The notes beneath the pieces were generated by a model. It was given only the letters and a program-made list of their open reading frames with translations, was not told where the DNA came from and ran no database searches. Source: an uncultured Aquificales bacterium (GTDB lineage Bacteria > Thermosulfidibacterota > Thermosulfidibacteria > Thermosulfidibacterales > Thermosulfidibacteraceae). Taken from it: 36,911 nt of DNA. The stretch spans positions 30,921 through 67,831 of the forward strand of contig CAYPLO010000003.1 of NCBI GenBank assembly GCA_964411615.1, written 5' to 3'. A program made the translations under genes and the position numbers. Shown here piece by piece: positions 18,816 to 28,162 of the stretch. Position 1 is the stretch's first letter. Every line of letters begins with the position of its first letter.

Positions 18816-20045
18816 GGATAGGAAGGCACAAACGTGGGCCAGAAGCCCCACCACCCAGAGGGTGAGTAGCAAGAAGAGGCTATTCAAAGAGCCAAGAACT
18901 CCCCCAAGCATAACCAGGAATAGCCTCACATCCCTTCCCCCTGCCCTTACCCTAACCTTCGTAAGGTGCCACACATAGCTGAAGATGATCACCCCCGTTG
19001 ACGCCAGAAACAGGCCCAGCACAGAAGCCCAGGACAGGGGCAGGGATGAGAATATACCAAGTACTATGAACATATCGGCGTATCTATCTGTGGTGGAGTC
19101 AAGAACAGCTCCAAACCTGCTTCTCATGTGCTTTATCCTGGCTATCTCCCCATCACATCCGTCCACTATGGAGGTCAGCTGGGCCCACAAACCTCCCCAG
19201 AAAGGACATCTCAGGGCAAAAAGGAGAGCAGAAAACAGCCCCATGACAAAGGAGAAGAGGGTGAGCCTGTTAGGGGTTGCCCACTCCTTACCGAGAAGCC
19301 ATCTGGTTATTCTCAAAGATATTGGTCTGTTTATCCTGCGGGAGACCAGCCCGTCCTCAGACTTCACTATGGACTCCTTTATAATATCCTCCGCAATCCC
19401 CACCTCCCAGGGAGCATCAACATCTATCCACCTGCCCTCACACACCAGATAGCCAAGCCTCCTGTCATCTGCCATGCGCTGGAAAACATCCGCAAGCCTC
19501 ACCTGCTCCTTCTCTGAAACCAGCTCCTCGGCGTAATTGAAGACCTCAGGGGTGCATACAAACATACCTGTGTCAAAGTAGTGATAATCCTCAAGCCCCT
19601 TGGATATGGCCACCACCCTGTCCCCTTCAACCCTGACCTTTGTGGCCTCATCCGGGTCGTGGCAGTAGGAGCTCACTACAGCCACATTACCGGAAGCCCC
19701 CTTTTCGGCAAGGTCAAAGAACTCAGAAGAGTAGTAGTGGTCCGACATGACAAGAAGGAACTCCCCATCAACCACCTCTGAGGCAAGGTATAGGCTGTAC
19801 CCGTTCTCCCTCTCGGGATGGGGGTTCTTCACCAGCTCAACCTCCGGAAACCTCTCCCTTATGAAACGTGCAAGCTCCTCGCTGTGATAGACCACCACAA
19901 CCCTGTAGCCTCTACTTAAAAGAGGCCTCAGAACGTGCTCTATGAGGGGGATACCAAACACGGGGACCAGCTGCTTAGGCCTGCCGGTCCCCATTCTTTT
20001 TCCAAATCCGGCTGCCAGAACTACTGCGAGTTTCTCCTGAACCAT
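18780..20045 (-). CDS. Bifunctional inositol-1-phosphate cytidylyltransferase / di-myo-inositol-phosphate-phosphate synthase (IPCT/DIPPS)
   Basis: N-terminal nucleotidyltransferase (LAAGFGKRM, ENGYSL, WIDVD) fused to a CDP-alcohol phosphotransferase (DGLVSRRINRPIS, TPN, DGCDGEIAR...GAVLDSTTDRYAD); coupled to ino1. Confidence 0.88.
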   Translation of the reverse strand: MVQEKLAVVLAAGFGKRMGTGRPKQLVPVFGIPLIEHVLRPLLSRGYRVVVVYHSEELARFIRERFPEVELVKNPHPERENGYSLYLASEVVDGEFLLVMSDHYYSSEFFDLAEKGASGNVAVVSSYCHDPDEATKVRVEGDRVVAISKGLEDYHYFDTGMFVCTPEVFNYAEELVSEKEQVRLADVFQRMADDRRLGYLVCEGRWIDVDAPWEVGIAEDIIKESIVKSEDGLVSRRINRPISLRITRWLLGKEWATPNRLTLFSFVMGLFSALLFALRCPFWGGLWAQLTSIVDGCDGEIARIKHMRSRFGAVLDSTTDRYADMFIVLGIFSSLPLSWASVLGLFLASTGVIIFSYVWHLTKVRVRAGGRDVRLFLVMLGGVLGSLNSLFLLLTLWVVGLLAHVCAFLSLWGLFKEHKGS

Positions 20046-21208
20046 TCCACCAGCATCTCAAACTGCTGATGGGTGTTTATCACATCGGTATCCATGGGGC
20101 TCTTGAAGAAGAAGGCGAGCTCCTTTATGACCCCCTTGAGCCCCCGCTTTTTGGCAAAAAGAAGCAACCTCGCTATGTCTATCACCAGAGGTGCAGCCAG
20201 GATGGCGTCTATACCATCCCAGATGAAGTAGAGCTTCATCTTCTTCCCGAGGAATCCCTCAAAATGGATGAAGTTAAAGGCGGTCTTGTTATCGGCAAGG
20301 CTGGGGAAGAAGTTTATCTCCGTTATGGTGAAGGGGCTGTACCCCATAATCTTCGCCAGAGTGCTGTCCTTTGAGATTATCTTGCTCTCCTTGTTGTCCT
20401 TGTGGTTCAGGACCATCCCGTCGTAATCCCCAAGTATGTTGTAGCTCATCCACCCGGCTATCCTGATATTTCTGTAGAGAAATCCGGGGGCGATGGTGGT
20501 CTTCATGAAGGTCTCACCGGTCTTCCCGTCGTTTCCCGCATGGGGTACACCTTCCTTCTCGGCCAGCTCCTTAAGGGCGGGTATAGATGAGCCTGCACTG
20601 GGGGTGAAGTTCCCATACGGGATACCCAGCCTCAAAGCCGCATAGGCGTAGAGCATACTGGCGGTGGCAAACTCCCTCTTGTCCTCCAGTATCATACGCT
20701 CAAAGCCCGAGAGGCTTCCGTGGTACTCCTCGTTGTAGGGGGCAACAGGCTCTGTGGAAGCCACATTTATCATAACCGTCTCATCATCGGCAAAGGCCTT
20801 CAAATCCCCCGTTATCCTGTCCACTATATCGGACAGGCTCAATCCCTCATCCTCCAGCAATTCAACGTTCTTAAAGTCCTTAACCCCCGTACCACAGTTG
20901 ATAGCGGTCCCCTTACAGGCCCTCATACCTTTGAGGTCGTCGGCTATCCTCTCAAAGATGGACCTTGAAAAATGCTCGTTATAGTCCAGATGTTCCTTAG
21001 TGGCTTCATACATGGTGTTGTTCAGGTCCCTTATCTCGTGTCCACCAAAGGAGATGCTGGAGATATCGGCAAACCTCTCAAGACCGTCGAACTCCCCCTT
21101 GGCGGTGACCAGACCGGTGGTCTCTATCAGTCCCTTATTCAGCGCCACAGCTCCAGCAACAGTGGTTGTGGCAACGGCTCCATACATTCCAACCAGCCAT
21201 ACCTTCAT
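20021..21208 (-). CDS. ino1: myo-inositol-1-phosphate synthase
   Basis: Motifs GMYGAVATT, NVASTE, NFTP, GNDGKTGET, NILGDYDG, DNK and DAILAAPLVIDI; AGGAGG RBS. Confidence 0.92.
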   Translation of the reverse strand: MKVWLVGMYGAVATTTVAGAVALNKGLIETTGLVTAKGEFDGLERFADISSISFGGHEIRDLNNTMYEATKEHLDYNEHFSRSIFERIADDLKGMRACKGTAINCGTGVKDFKNVELLEDEGLSLSDIVDRITGDLKAFADDETVMINVASTEPVAPYNEEYHGSLSGFERMILEDKREFATASMLYAYAALRLGIPYGNFTPSAGSSIPALKELAEKEGVPHAGNDGKTGETFMKTTIAPGFLYRNIRIAGWMSYNILGDYDGMVLNHKDNKESKIISKDSTLAKIMGYSPFTITEINFFPSLADNKTAFNFIHFEGFLGKKMKLYFIWDGIDAILAAPLVIDIARLLLFAKKRGLKGVIKELAFFFKSPMDTDVINTHQQFEMLVEWFRRNSQ

Positions 21209-21268
21209 AGGGCACCTCCTTCAGGCGGACTGCTCTCATAGAGAGCGGGGAACAGCCTAATAGGCCTG

Positions 21269-21282
21269 TCTATAATAATTCA
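21269..21282 (+). promoter_or_regulatory. Candidate ARG box overlapping a TATAAT -10 element upstream of argJ
   Basis: TCTAT-AATA-ATTCA compared with consensus TGAAT-WWWW-ATTCA; TATAAT at 21271-21276. Confidence 0.35.
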
Positions 21283-21302
21283 CCTTTGAAAACTCTTGTC
21301 AA
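21272..21302 (-). promoter_or_regulatory. Candidate sigma70 promoter for the ino1-IPCT/DIPPS operon
   Basis: Perfect TTGACA (21302-21297) with TATTAT at a long 19-bp spacing. Confidence 0.4.
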
Positions 21303-21343
21303 GCTTGTTAAGCTTGCTCGCAGCATATTTCGGGAGGTGGGTG

Positions 21344-22531
21344 GTGAAAGTGAAGTGGACAGACAAAGGGGTATGCCTGCCAGAGGGCTTTTTGTCCTCA
21401 GGGGTGGCCTGCGGGATAAAGAGAGAGGGTCTGGACCTGGGTATACTCTACTGCGAGGCCCCCTGCCATGTGGCTGCAGTGTTCACCACCAACAGGGTTA
21501 AGGCGGCACCGGTGATTGTAAGCACCAGAAGACTTGAGAGAAATGGCACCTTCAAAGCGGTTGTTGTCAACAGTGGAAACGCCAACTGCTGCACGGGGAT
21601 GAAGGGGATAAACGATGCGGAAGAGATGTGTAAAGAGACGGCCAGGTCCCTGGGAATAGATGAGAAAGAGGTGCTGGTCTGCTCAACTGGGGTTATAGGG
21701 GAACCCCTTCCCATGGACAGGGTGAGAAGGGGAATAGCAAGGGCTGCCGAGCAGCTCAAAAGAGATGACTCCGATTTCTGCGAGGCTATACTGACAACCG
21801 ACACAAGAATAAAGAGGATAGGAGCAGAGGTTGAGGATACCTTCAGAATAGGGGGATGCGCCAAAGGGGCCGGAATGATATACCCCAACATGGCAACCAT
21901 GCTCGCCTTCATAACCACCGATGTGGAGGTTCCTCAAGCCCTGCTTCAGGAGATGCTCGAAAGGGCCGTTGATAGAAGCTTCAACAGGATAAGTGTCGAT
22001 GGAGACAGGTCCACCAATGATACGGTCATGCTGTTCTCAAAGAAGGGCAAAAGGCTTCCAGAGGGTCTGTACGAAAGGTTTGAGGAGGTTCTCACAAGGG
22101 TATGTGAAAGCCTGGCACTCATGATAGTGGGGGATGGAGAGGGAGCCACAAAGGTGGCCAAGATAACCGTAGTAAACGCCAGAACAGAGAAAGAGGCGGA
22201 GGATGCGGCAAGAAGGGTGGCGAACTCACTGCTGTTTAAGACCGCCCTGTTCGGCTGTGACCCCAACTGGGGCAGAATAATGGGGGCCATAGGAGCATCC
22301 TGCGCCGAATTCAACCCTGAACAGGTGGATATATACTACGGAGATGTGAAGGTGGTCTCATGTGGAATGGGCTGCGGCAAGGACTCTGAAAGAGCCGCCG
22401 AAAAGCTGCTTAAGGAGACAGACCGGATAGAGATTACCATAGACCTGAAGGCTGGAAGGGAAAGATACCACGTGTGGACCTGCGACCTCTCCTACGAATA
22501 CGTCAGGATTAACGCCGAGTACAGAAGCTAA
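21344..22531 (+). CDS. argJ: Ornithine acetyltransferase / glutamate N-acetyltransferase
   Basis: Motifs NSGNAN, STGVIG, ILTTDT, KGAGMIYPNMATML, STNDTV, DGEGATK, DPNWGRI and YVRINAEYRS; GTG start 6 nt after GGAGG. Confidence 0.95.
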   Translation: MKVKWTDKGVCLPEGFLSSGVACGIKREGLDLGILYCEAPCHVAAVFTTNRVKAAPVIVSTRRLERNGTFKAVVVNSGNANCCTGMKGINDAEEMCKETARSLGIDEKEVLVCSTGVIGEPLPMDRVRRGIARAAEQLKRDDSDFCEAILTTDTRIKRIGAEVEDTFRIGGCAKGAGMIYPNMATMLAFITTDVEVPQALLQEMLERAVDRSFNRISVDGDRSTNDTVMLFSKKGKRLPEGLYERFEEVLTRVCESLALMIVGDGEGATKVAKITVVNARTEKEAEDAARRVANSLLFKTALFGCDPNWGRIMGAIGASCAEFNPEQVDIYYGDVKVVSCGMGCGKDSERAAEKLLKETDRIEITIDLKAGRERYHVWTCDLSYEYVRINAEYRS

Positions 22532-22535
22532 AAAA

Positions 22536-22611
22536 TGGTGGAGCCGACGGGATTCGAACCCGTGACCTCCAGAATGCCGATCTGGCGTGCTCCCAGCTGC
22601 ACCACGGCCCC
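22536..22611 (-). tRNA. tRNA-Ala(GGC)
   Basis: 76-nt cloverleaf GGGGCCG...CGGCTCC-ACCA with G3:U70, A73, T-loop GTTCGAATC, anticodon arm CCAGA-TCGGCAT-TCTGG and encoded CCA. Confidence 0.95.
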
Positions 22612-22624
22612 ACCGGCGTCTCTT

Positions 22625-22654
22625 TATATAGGCGATAACCCCCCACCTTGTCAA
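22625..22654 (-). promoter_or_regulatory. sigma70-type promoter of tRNA-Ala
   Basis: TTGACA (overlapping the upstream gene's TGA stop), 18-bp spacer, TATATA, 13 nt before the tRNA. Confidence 0.6.
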
Positions 22655-24807
22655 CCCACAACGGCCACAACCTTCCACCCGGCAGGCTTCTTAAGTGTCT
22701 CCACTGAAGGCCTTCCCCTATATCCTTTAAATCTAAAGGAAAACGGACCAAAATAGGGAGTACTCCAGTCTTCCAGCACAAGCTCCCCCACCTCTTCTGG
22801 AAGAAGAGGGTTATCAAAAACCACAACCCTGTTTTCCGCATCAACCCTCAGTCCGAGGATGGATTTGAGCATGAGAAGCATGCTGGCGGAAGACCAGGCC
22901 TGGGGAGAGCAGGCCACAGGATAGGGAACAGGACCCCTACCCTCCTGCCTCTGAAAACCGCAGAATAGCTCCGGAACCCTGTAGTGGTCAAAGTGGGATA
23001 CGGCGTCAAGCAAACCCTTGAAGAGCCTCAATGCCTCCCGCTTGAAACCGTACCTCACAAGTCCTTCGCAGATTATGGCATTATCGTGGGGCCATACAGA
23101 GCCGTTGTGGTAGCTCATTGGGTTGTATCTCACCTCATCTGAGGAAAGGGTCCTTATCCCGTATCCGGTGAACATGGAGCTATCCATGAGCCTTGCCACC
23201 ACCTTCTTAGCCCTAACTGTAGGAACGGCTCCAGCAAAAAGAAGATGGCCCGCATTTGATGTCACCACCCTGCACGCCCTACCTTCCCTGTCAAGGGCCA
23301 GTGCGTAAAAGCCCCTGTCTTCCATCCAGAAATCCCTACCTATGGCCCTGGCCAGTTTCCTGGCCCCCCTCTCAAAGCGAAGGGCCTCTCTCTCCATCCC
23401 CATCCTTCTGCACAGATAGGCCATATCCTGCATGGCCCTGAACTTATACCCCTGTACCTCAACCACGGCTATGGGAGGCTCGGCCAGGGTTCCATCCCTG
23501 TGATGAATGGAATCGTGGGAGTCCTTCCACCCCTGGTTCCTCAAACCCAAGGGAGACCGGCTTTTATACTCCACATACCCGTCTCCGTTGGCGTCACCGT
23601 AAACCTGCATCCACTTAGCTGCGGCAAGTATGTTCTCCCAAAGCTCCCTCACAAGGGCCAAATCTCCTGTACACCTCAGGTATTCAGCGGCCAGTATAAC
23701 GAAGAGTATTGTGGCATCGGCGGAACCGTAATAGGGAACGAATGGGAGTTCCCTCATGTTGGCCATCTCTCCGGTTCTCAGTTCGTGAAGAATCTTACCG
23801 GGCTCGCTGTCGGTGAAATCGTCAAAAGAATCAGACTGGTACTTGGCCAGCAACTTCAATGTGTCTGCCGCCACCTCAGGCGCCCAAGGAAGAAGGCTAT
23901 AGGCGGTTATCAAAGCGTCCCTGCCGAAGAGGGCACAGTACCAAGGAACACCCGCCATGGGTACAGCAAACCCCTCTATCTCGGAGAGCATCATCTCAAC
24001 ATCTCCGAGGGCCCTTGCAAGCACCTGAGAGAGAAGAGGGGCATCTGTCCTAAAGTGGATGGAGCTTCTGAAAGAGGGTTTTGAAGGAGCCCCAACTGCG
24101 GTAACTTTGCCGTCCCGCTCCTCCGAAACGGAAACCCTGAGCTCAAGGGATACCTTCTCACCAGGGGATAGTACCAAACTGCAATTAGCACCTGTATCAG
24201 AAGGAGAAAGCTCTGGAGAAAAGCTGCATGTGCATCTTCTCTTAACTCCATCCAAACCCACATAGGAGAATACAAGAATGTGCTCGCCAGTCTCCACAGG
24301 GGTAAGCCTACCCCTTCTGTCCCTTTCAACACCTCTGACCTCAAACATATCTCTGAAGTCGGCCTCAAGTCTGAAGGCTACATCAAAGGGAAGGGTATAG
24401 AGGGAGAGATTCCTGAAGATAACCCTGTACACAAGCTCGTCCCCTTCAAAGGCTATCCATTTACCTATGTAGGCGGAGGTTCTCTGCACAACCCTGTCAC
24501 CTACCTTGAAGTCAGTGTTTGTCATCTCTACCCTTACAACGGAGGTGGTGTGGTCTATACCCGATGAGAGTAGCACAGGTTTGGCCCCATTGACATACAT
24601 CTCAAGGCAGCTCAGAAACCTGGTATCCCTCCAGTAGTAGCCGAGTTCAGAGGGATATGCAGAAGGTATATCGCCAAAGGAGTCCACAACCAGGAAGGCG
24701 GTGTTCCCCTTTATGGCAAGCTTTCTGGTGATGAGGGGGACGCTGGAGCACAGGATATACCACTCACCATCAACACATATCCTCTCCCTCTTCTTTTCAG
24801 GCCACAA
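22651..24807 (-). CDS. Amylo-alpha-1,6-glucosidase / glycogen-debranching-enzyme-like protein
   Basis: Motifs DTRFLS, ADFRDMFEVRG, AGVPWYCALFGRD, EPGKILHE, NQGWKDS, YHNGSVWPHD, PELFCGF and CSPQAW; TTG start with AGGAGG RBS. Confidence 0.88.
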   Translation of the reverse strand: MWPEKKRERICVDGEWYILCSSVPLITRKLAIKGNTAFLVVDSFGDIPSAYPSELGYYWRDTRFLSCLEMYVNGAKPVLLSSGIDHTTSVVRVEMTNTDFKVGDRVVQRTSAYIGKWIAFEGDELVYRVIFRNLSLYTLPFDVAFRLEADFRDMFEVRGVERDRRGRLTPVETGEHILVFSYVGLDGVKRRCTCSFSPELSPSDTGANCSLVLSPGEKVSLELRVSVSEERDGKVTAVGAPSKPSFRSSIHFRTDAPLLSQVLARALGDVEMMLSEIEGFAVPMAGVPWYCALFGRDALITAYSLLPWAPEVAADTLKLLAKYQSDSFDDFTDSEPGKILHELRTGEMANMRELPFVPYYGSADATILFVILAAEYLRCTGDLALVRELWENILAAAKWMQVYGDANGDGYVEYKSRSPLGLRNQGWKDSHDSIHHRDGTLAEPPIAVVEVQGYKFRAMQDMAYLCRRMGMEREALRFERGARKLARAIGRDFWMEDRGFYALALDREGRACRVVTSNAGHLLFAGAVPTVRAKKVVARLMDSSMFTGYGIRTLSSDEVRYNPMSYHNGSVWPHDNAIICEGLVRYGFKREALRLFKGLLDAVSHFDHYRVPELFCGFQRQEGRGPVPYPVACSPQAWSSASMLLMLKSILGLRVDAENRVVVFDNPLLPEEVGELVLEDWSTPYFGPFSFRFKGYRGRPSVETLKKPAGWKVVAVVG

Positions 24808-25840
24808 GCCTCTCCCTCCTGTGCTCCAGCAGGCTGTGGTAGAGGGACTCGTACTGGTCCACCATCCTCTCCACAGTAAAGTGCCTGAGGAAGTGCTCCC
24901 TACAGGCCCTCCTGTCTATGACCTCCACCCTCTTTATGGCCTCAACGAGTCCATCCAGGTCCCACCTCAGAAAACCGACTTTACCGTCCACCACTATCTC
25001 AGGCAACGCACCACAGGGTCTGGCTATAACGGGAGTGCCACAGGCCAAAGCCTCTATGGCAGTCAGTCCAAAAGGCTCCGGCCAATCTATGGGCATGATG
25101 AGGGCCATGGCCTTTCCTATGAGTTCATTCTTCTCCCTGTCGTTAACTTCACCCAGATACTCAACTAAGGGATGCTTCATCAGGTCCTTAACTTCCGACT
25201 CGTAATACTCCCTGTCGGCAGCGTCTATCTTGGCAGCCACCTTTATCTTCACACCCGCTCTAACGGCAGCCCTTATGGCGAGGTCCGGCCTCTTCTCAGG
25301 AGATATCCTGCCCAGGAAGAGCACATACTCCTCAGGGGAGTTGCTGAAGGCATATAGGTCCTTAGGCAACCCATGATGAATCGTTGCAACAAAGCTGGCC
25401 TCAGGGAGGAAAGACCTCTGGCTGTGGCTTATGGAGACCAGATTGAGGTAGGGAAACTCCCTCACAAGGTCCCTGTAAAAGGGAAGGTCCAAGCGCCCGT
25501 GCATGGTGTGAACCACAGGTACATCAACCAGCCTGCAGAAGGGAAAGGCCAAATAGTCCACGTGGCTGTGTATAATGTCAAAGCTGTGTGCCTGGGCGAA
25601 GACCCTCCCCAGTTCCATCACGGTGTAAGGCTCGTAATCCCTAATACCCGCAAGCCTCAGCGCCTCCGGTACAACAGCCTCAAGTCTGGCAGAAGTCTCA
25701 GAATCCCCGCTTGCAAAGAGCACAACCTGATGCCCCCTTCTTACAAGCTCTTCGGTAATATAATGGACCACCCTCTCAGTCCCACCGTATAGCTTTGGAG
25801 GTACACTCTCCACCAGAGGAGCAACCTGAGCTATCCTCAT
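24797..25840 (-). CDS. GT4-family glycosyltransferase
   Basis: Motifs MRIAQVAP...PPKLYGGTERVV, LGRISPEK and WPEPFGL...EALACGTPV; start reassigned to ATG 25840 with AGGAGG RBS. Confidence 0.9.
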   Translation of the reverse strand: MRIAQVAPLVESVPPKLYGGTERVVHYITEELVRRGHQVVLFASGDSETSARLEAVVPEALRLAGIRDYEPYTVMELGRVFAQAHSFDIIHSHVDYLAFPFCRLVDVPVVHTMHGRLDLPFYRDLVREFPYLNLVSISHSQRSFLPEASFVATIHHGLPKDLYAFSNSPEEYVLFLGRISPEKRPDLAIRAAVRAGVKIKVAAKIDAADREYYESEVKDLMKHPLVEYLGEVNDREKNELIGKAMALIMPIDWPEPFGLTAIEALACGTPVIARPCGALPEIVVDGKVGFLRWDLDGLVEAIKRVEVIDRRACREHFLRHFTVERMVDQYESLYHSLLEHRRERLVA

Positions 25841-25889
25841 GGTGCACCTCCTGCCCGTTGTTGTCCGGATATAAATTAATACCCCGTTA

Positions 25890-25919
25890 TTGCAAGACAA
25901 GAGGAGAGCGTGTTAGTTT
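25890..25919 (+). promoter_or_regulatory. Candidate promoter for the DUF4139 gene
   Basis: TTGCAA, 18-bp spacer, extended -10 TGtTAGTTT, in the divergent intergenic region. Confidence 0.35.
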
Positions 25920-25940
25920 AAAACCTGCAGGAGGTGAGGC

Positions 25941-27401
25941 ATGAGAAGGGCACTGGCGGTGCTTTTTATTCTGTTCCTTCCCGCACTATCAAATGCACAG
26001 CTGACGGTGGAAGAGGCAAGGATATACAGAGACGGAGCCACTGTGATAATGAAGGGAGTCTCTGTGCTCCACAGGGGCGAGAACATGGTGGGTTTCATCC
26101 CTTCAGATATAGACAGGTCAACCCTTCAGGTGGCAACCAACTGCGACTCCGCCTATATAACGGGGATTGACCTGAAAAAAGCTAACAGGACAGATATTTA
26201 CAAAGACAAGGAAAGAGAGCTTGAGAGACTAAAAACTCAAGAGATGTTGCTTGAGGACAAGGTGTCATTCTACGAAAAGCTTATAGACTCCCTTGCGAAG
26301 GCGTATCAGAACAGCAGAAGGCTCAACTACCTGCCCTACGAGAAGAGGTTTAAGGAGCTTTACAATGTGAAGCTGTCCCTGAAACAGAAGCTTAACATGG
26401 TCAGAACAAAGATTAGAAAGCTTGAAGAGGAACTTAAGAAACTCTCCACCAGAGTTGCCCTCTACCTTGAATCATCGGGAGAAGATGAGTGCGAGATAAC
26501 TGTGGGATTTCAGACCAAGAAGGCGAGATGGAAGCCATCATACATACTCACATACAATAACAACAGGGTAACCCTTGAACTGAGGGCCATAGTCTCCCAG
26601 AGCACGAAAGACCGGTGGGAGAACGTATCCGTCACCCTCTCGTCAACACCTCCCACAAGGTTCCTCTATCTACCCGAGCTCTCTCCCTGGTTTGTAAGGA
26701 GCATGGAAAGGATGTTCGCCCTGAAAAAGAGTCTGCCTGCAAGGGCCGCTCCTACCGCCACGGCTCCAGAGATAGAGGCAAGAAGGGGAAGATTGGGTTT
26801 CTACTACGTTATTCCAAATGAAATCACCTTGGAACCCGGTAGAGAGAAGGTTGTGGTGCTCAAGAGATTCTCCTGGGACGGGGTCAAGATAAGAAGGGTC
26901 TGCTATCCCACCAAGCAGGACTCGGTATTTGCAAGCCTCGTGCTGTCCCTACCTAACTTCCCCATGCCCCCGGGAAGCATAAAGATATTTGTGGAGAACA
27001 CCTACATGGGAACAACCTCCACAAAGGAGGTGGTAAAGGGAAAGAGGCTCGTAATCCCATTGGGAGCCGATGAGGACCTGCAGGTAAAAAGCGTGGCGGA
27101 TAAGAGGCTTGAGGAGACGTGGAGCGGTAAGAACAGACTGGTGATAACCAGGAAGATAGAGATACTCAACCTGAAAGATAAAGAGGTGGAGGTGGAGGTG
27201 GTAGAGCCTCTGCCGGTGTCAAAGGATGAGAAGGTGAAGGTCTCCATAGACAGAAAAAACATGAACCCCGAGCCTGAGAAGATTGATGAGAACGGCCTGG
27301 CCACATGGATACTGAAGATACCGCCGGGGAAGGAGGCGAAAGTGACCTACACCTTCGCCATAGAGTTCCCCAAAAAGAGCGTGATAAACCTCATATATTA
27401 G
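25941..27401 (+). CDS. Secreted DUF4140/DUF4139 (MuiA-like) protein
   Basis: Signal peptide, IYRDGA, a coiled coil, ARWKPSY, VSQSTKDRWENV...LSS, VVEPLPVS and GLATW; AGGAGG RBS. Confidence 0.8.
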   Translation: MRRALAVLFILFLPALSNAQLTVEEARIYRDGATVIMKGVSVLHRGENMVGFIPSDIDRSTLQVATNCDSAYITGIDLKKANRTDIYKDKERELERLKTQEMLLEDKVSFYEKLIDSLAKAYQNSRRLNYLPYEKRFKELYNVKLSLKQKLNMVRTKIRKLEEELKKLSTRVALYLESSGEDECEITVGFQTKKARWKPSYILTYNNNRVTLELRAIVSQSTKDRWENVSVTLSSTPPTRFLYLPELSPWFVRSMERMFALKKSLPARAAPTATAPEIEARRGRLGFYYVIPNEITLEPGREKVVVLKRFSWDGVKIRRVCYPTKQDSVFASLVLSLPNFPMPPGSIKIFVENTYMGTTSTKEVVKGKRLVIPLGADEDLQVKSVADKRLEETWSGKNRLVITRKIEILNLKDKEVEVEVVEPLPVSKDEKVKVSIDRKNMNPEPEKIDENGLATWILKIPPGKEAKVTYTFAIEFPKKSVINLIY

Positions 27402-27411
27402 GAGGAACGGT

Positions 27412-28161
27412 ATGTCCAAGATAGTTGCCCACAAAGAGCCTCCCATAGGATGGGTCATCTTCAACAGACCGGAAGTTCTCAACGCCTTCGACTTTGATAT
27501 GTGGAGGGAGCTACCGGAGGTTGTGAGCAGACTGGACAGAGACCCCGATGTAGAAATCATCATAATGCGGGGTGAGGGAGGGGTCTTCGGAGCCGGAGCC
27601 GACATAAAGGAGATGCTTGATTACGTCAAATCAGGAATATCACAGACCTACGCAGAGGCTGTGAACAGATGCTTCAGGGGACTCTCCCGAACCGAAAAGA
27701 TAACCATAGCCGCCGTTGAGAGGTACGCACTGGGCGGGGGTTGCATGATAGCCCTCGCCTGCGATTTAAGGGTTGTGGGGAAAGGGGCAAAGGTGGGTAT
27801 ACCCTTAGTGAAGCTTGGTCTGGCGGTGGAGCCTCTGGGGATAAAGAGGCTGCTGGAGGTGTGCGGGACGAGTTTTGCCCTTGAATTCCTGCTCACAGGG
27901 GAGCCCATACCCATGGAGAAGCTCATCTACTCGGGCATAGCAAACTTCGTGGTTGAGGACCACCAGGTGGTCCAGTTCTCCAAGGAGCTGGCACTCAAGT
28001 TACTGGACAACGGGCACTTCGCCCTGAAGACCACCAAAAGAATCGTTAAGGAGTTCACCAAAGGAGAACCCGACTGGAAGCTCCTGAATAGGGCCTTTGC
28101 CTCATGTATGGATACCCAGGACTTCGTGGAAAGGGCAGAGAGGTTCATAAAGAAGCACTGA
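27412..28161 (+). CDS. Enoyl-CoA hydratase/isomerase family protein
   Basis: Motifs FNRPEVLNA, FGAGADI and ALGGGCMIALACDLR. The usual catalytic Glu positions look substituted. Confidence 0.85.
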   Translation: MSKIVAHKEPPIGWVIFNRPEVLNAFDFDMWRELPEVVSRLDRDPDVEIIIMRGEGGVFGAGADIKEMLDYVKSGISQTYAEAVNRCFRGLSRTEKITIAAVERYALGGGCMIALACDLRVVGKGAKVGIPLVKLGLAVEPLGIKRLLEVCGTSFALEFLLTGEPIPMEKLIYSGIANFVVEDHQVVQFSKELALKLLDNGHFALKTTKRIVKEFTKGEPDWKLLNRAFASCMDTQDFVERAERFIKKH

Positions 28162-28162
28162 A

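Noticed and set aside
22358..22844. Short ORFs spanning tRNA-Ala (and 32908-33282 over tRNA-fMet)
   Set aside because: Spurious translations of tRNA sequence.
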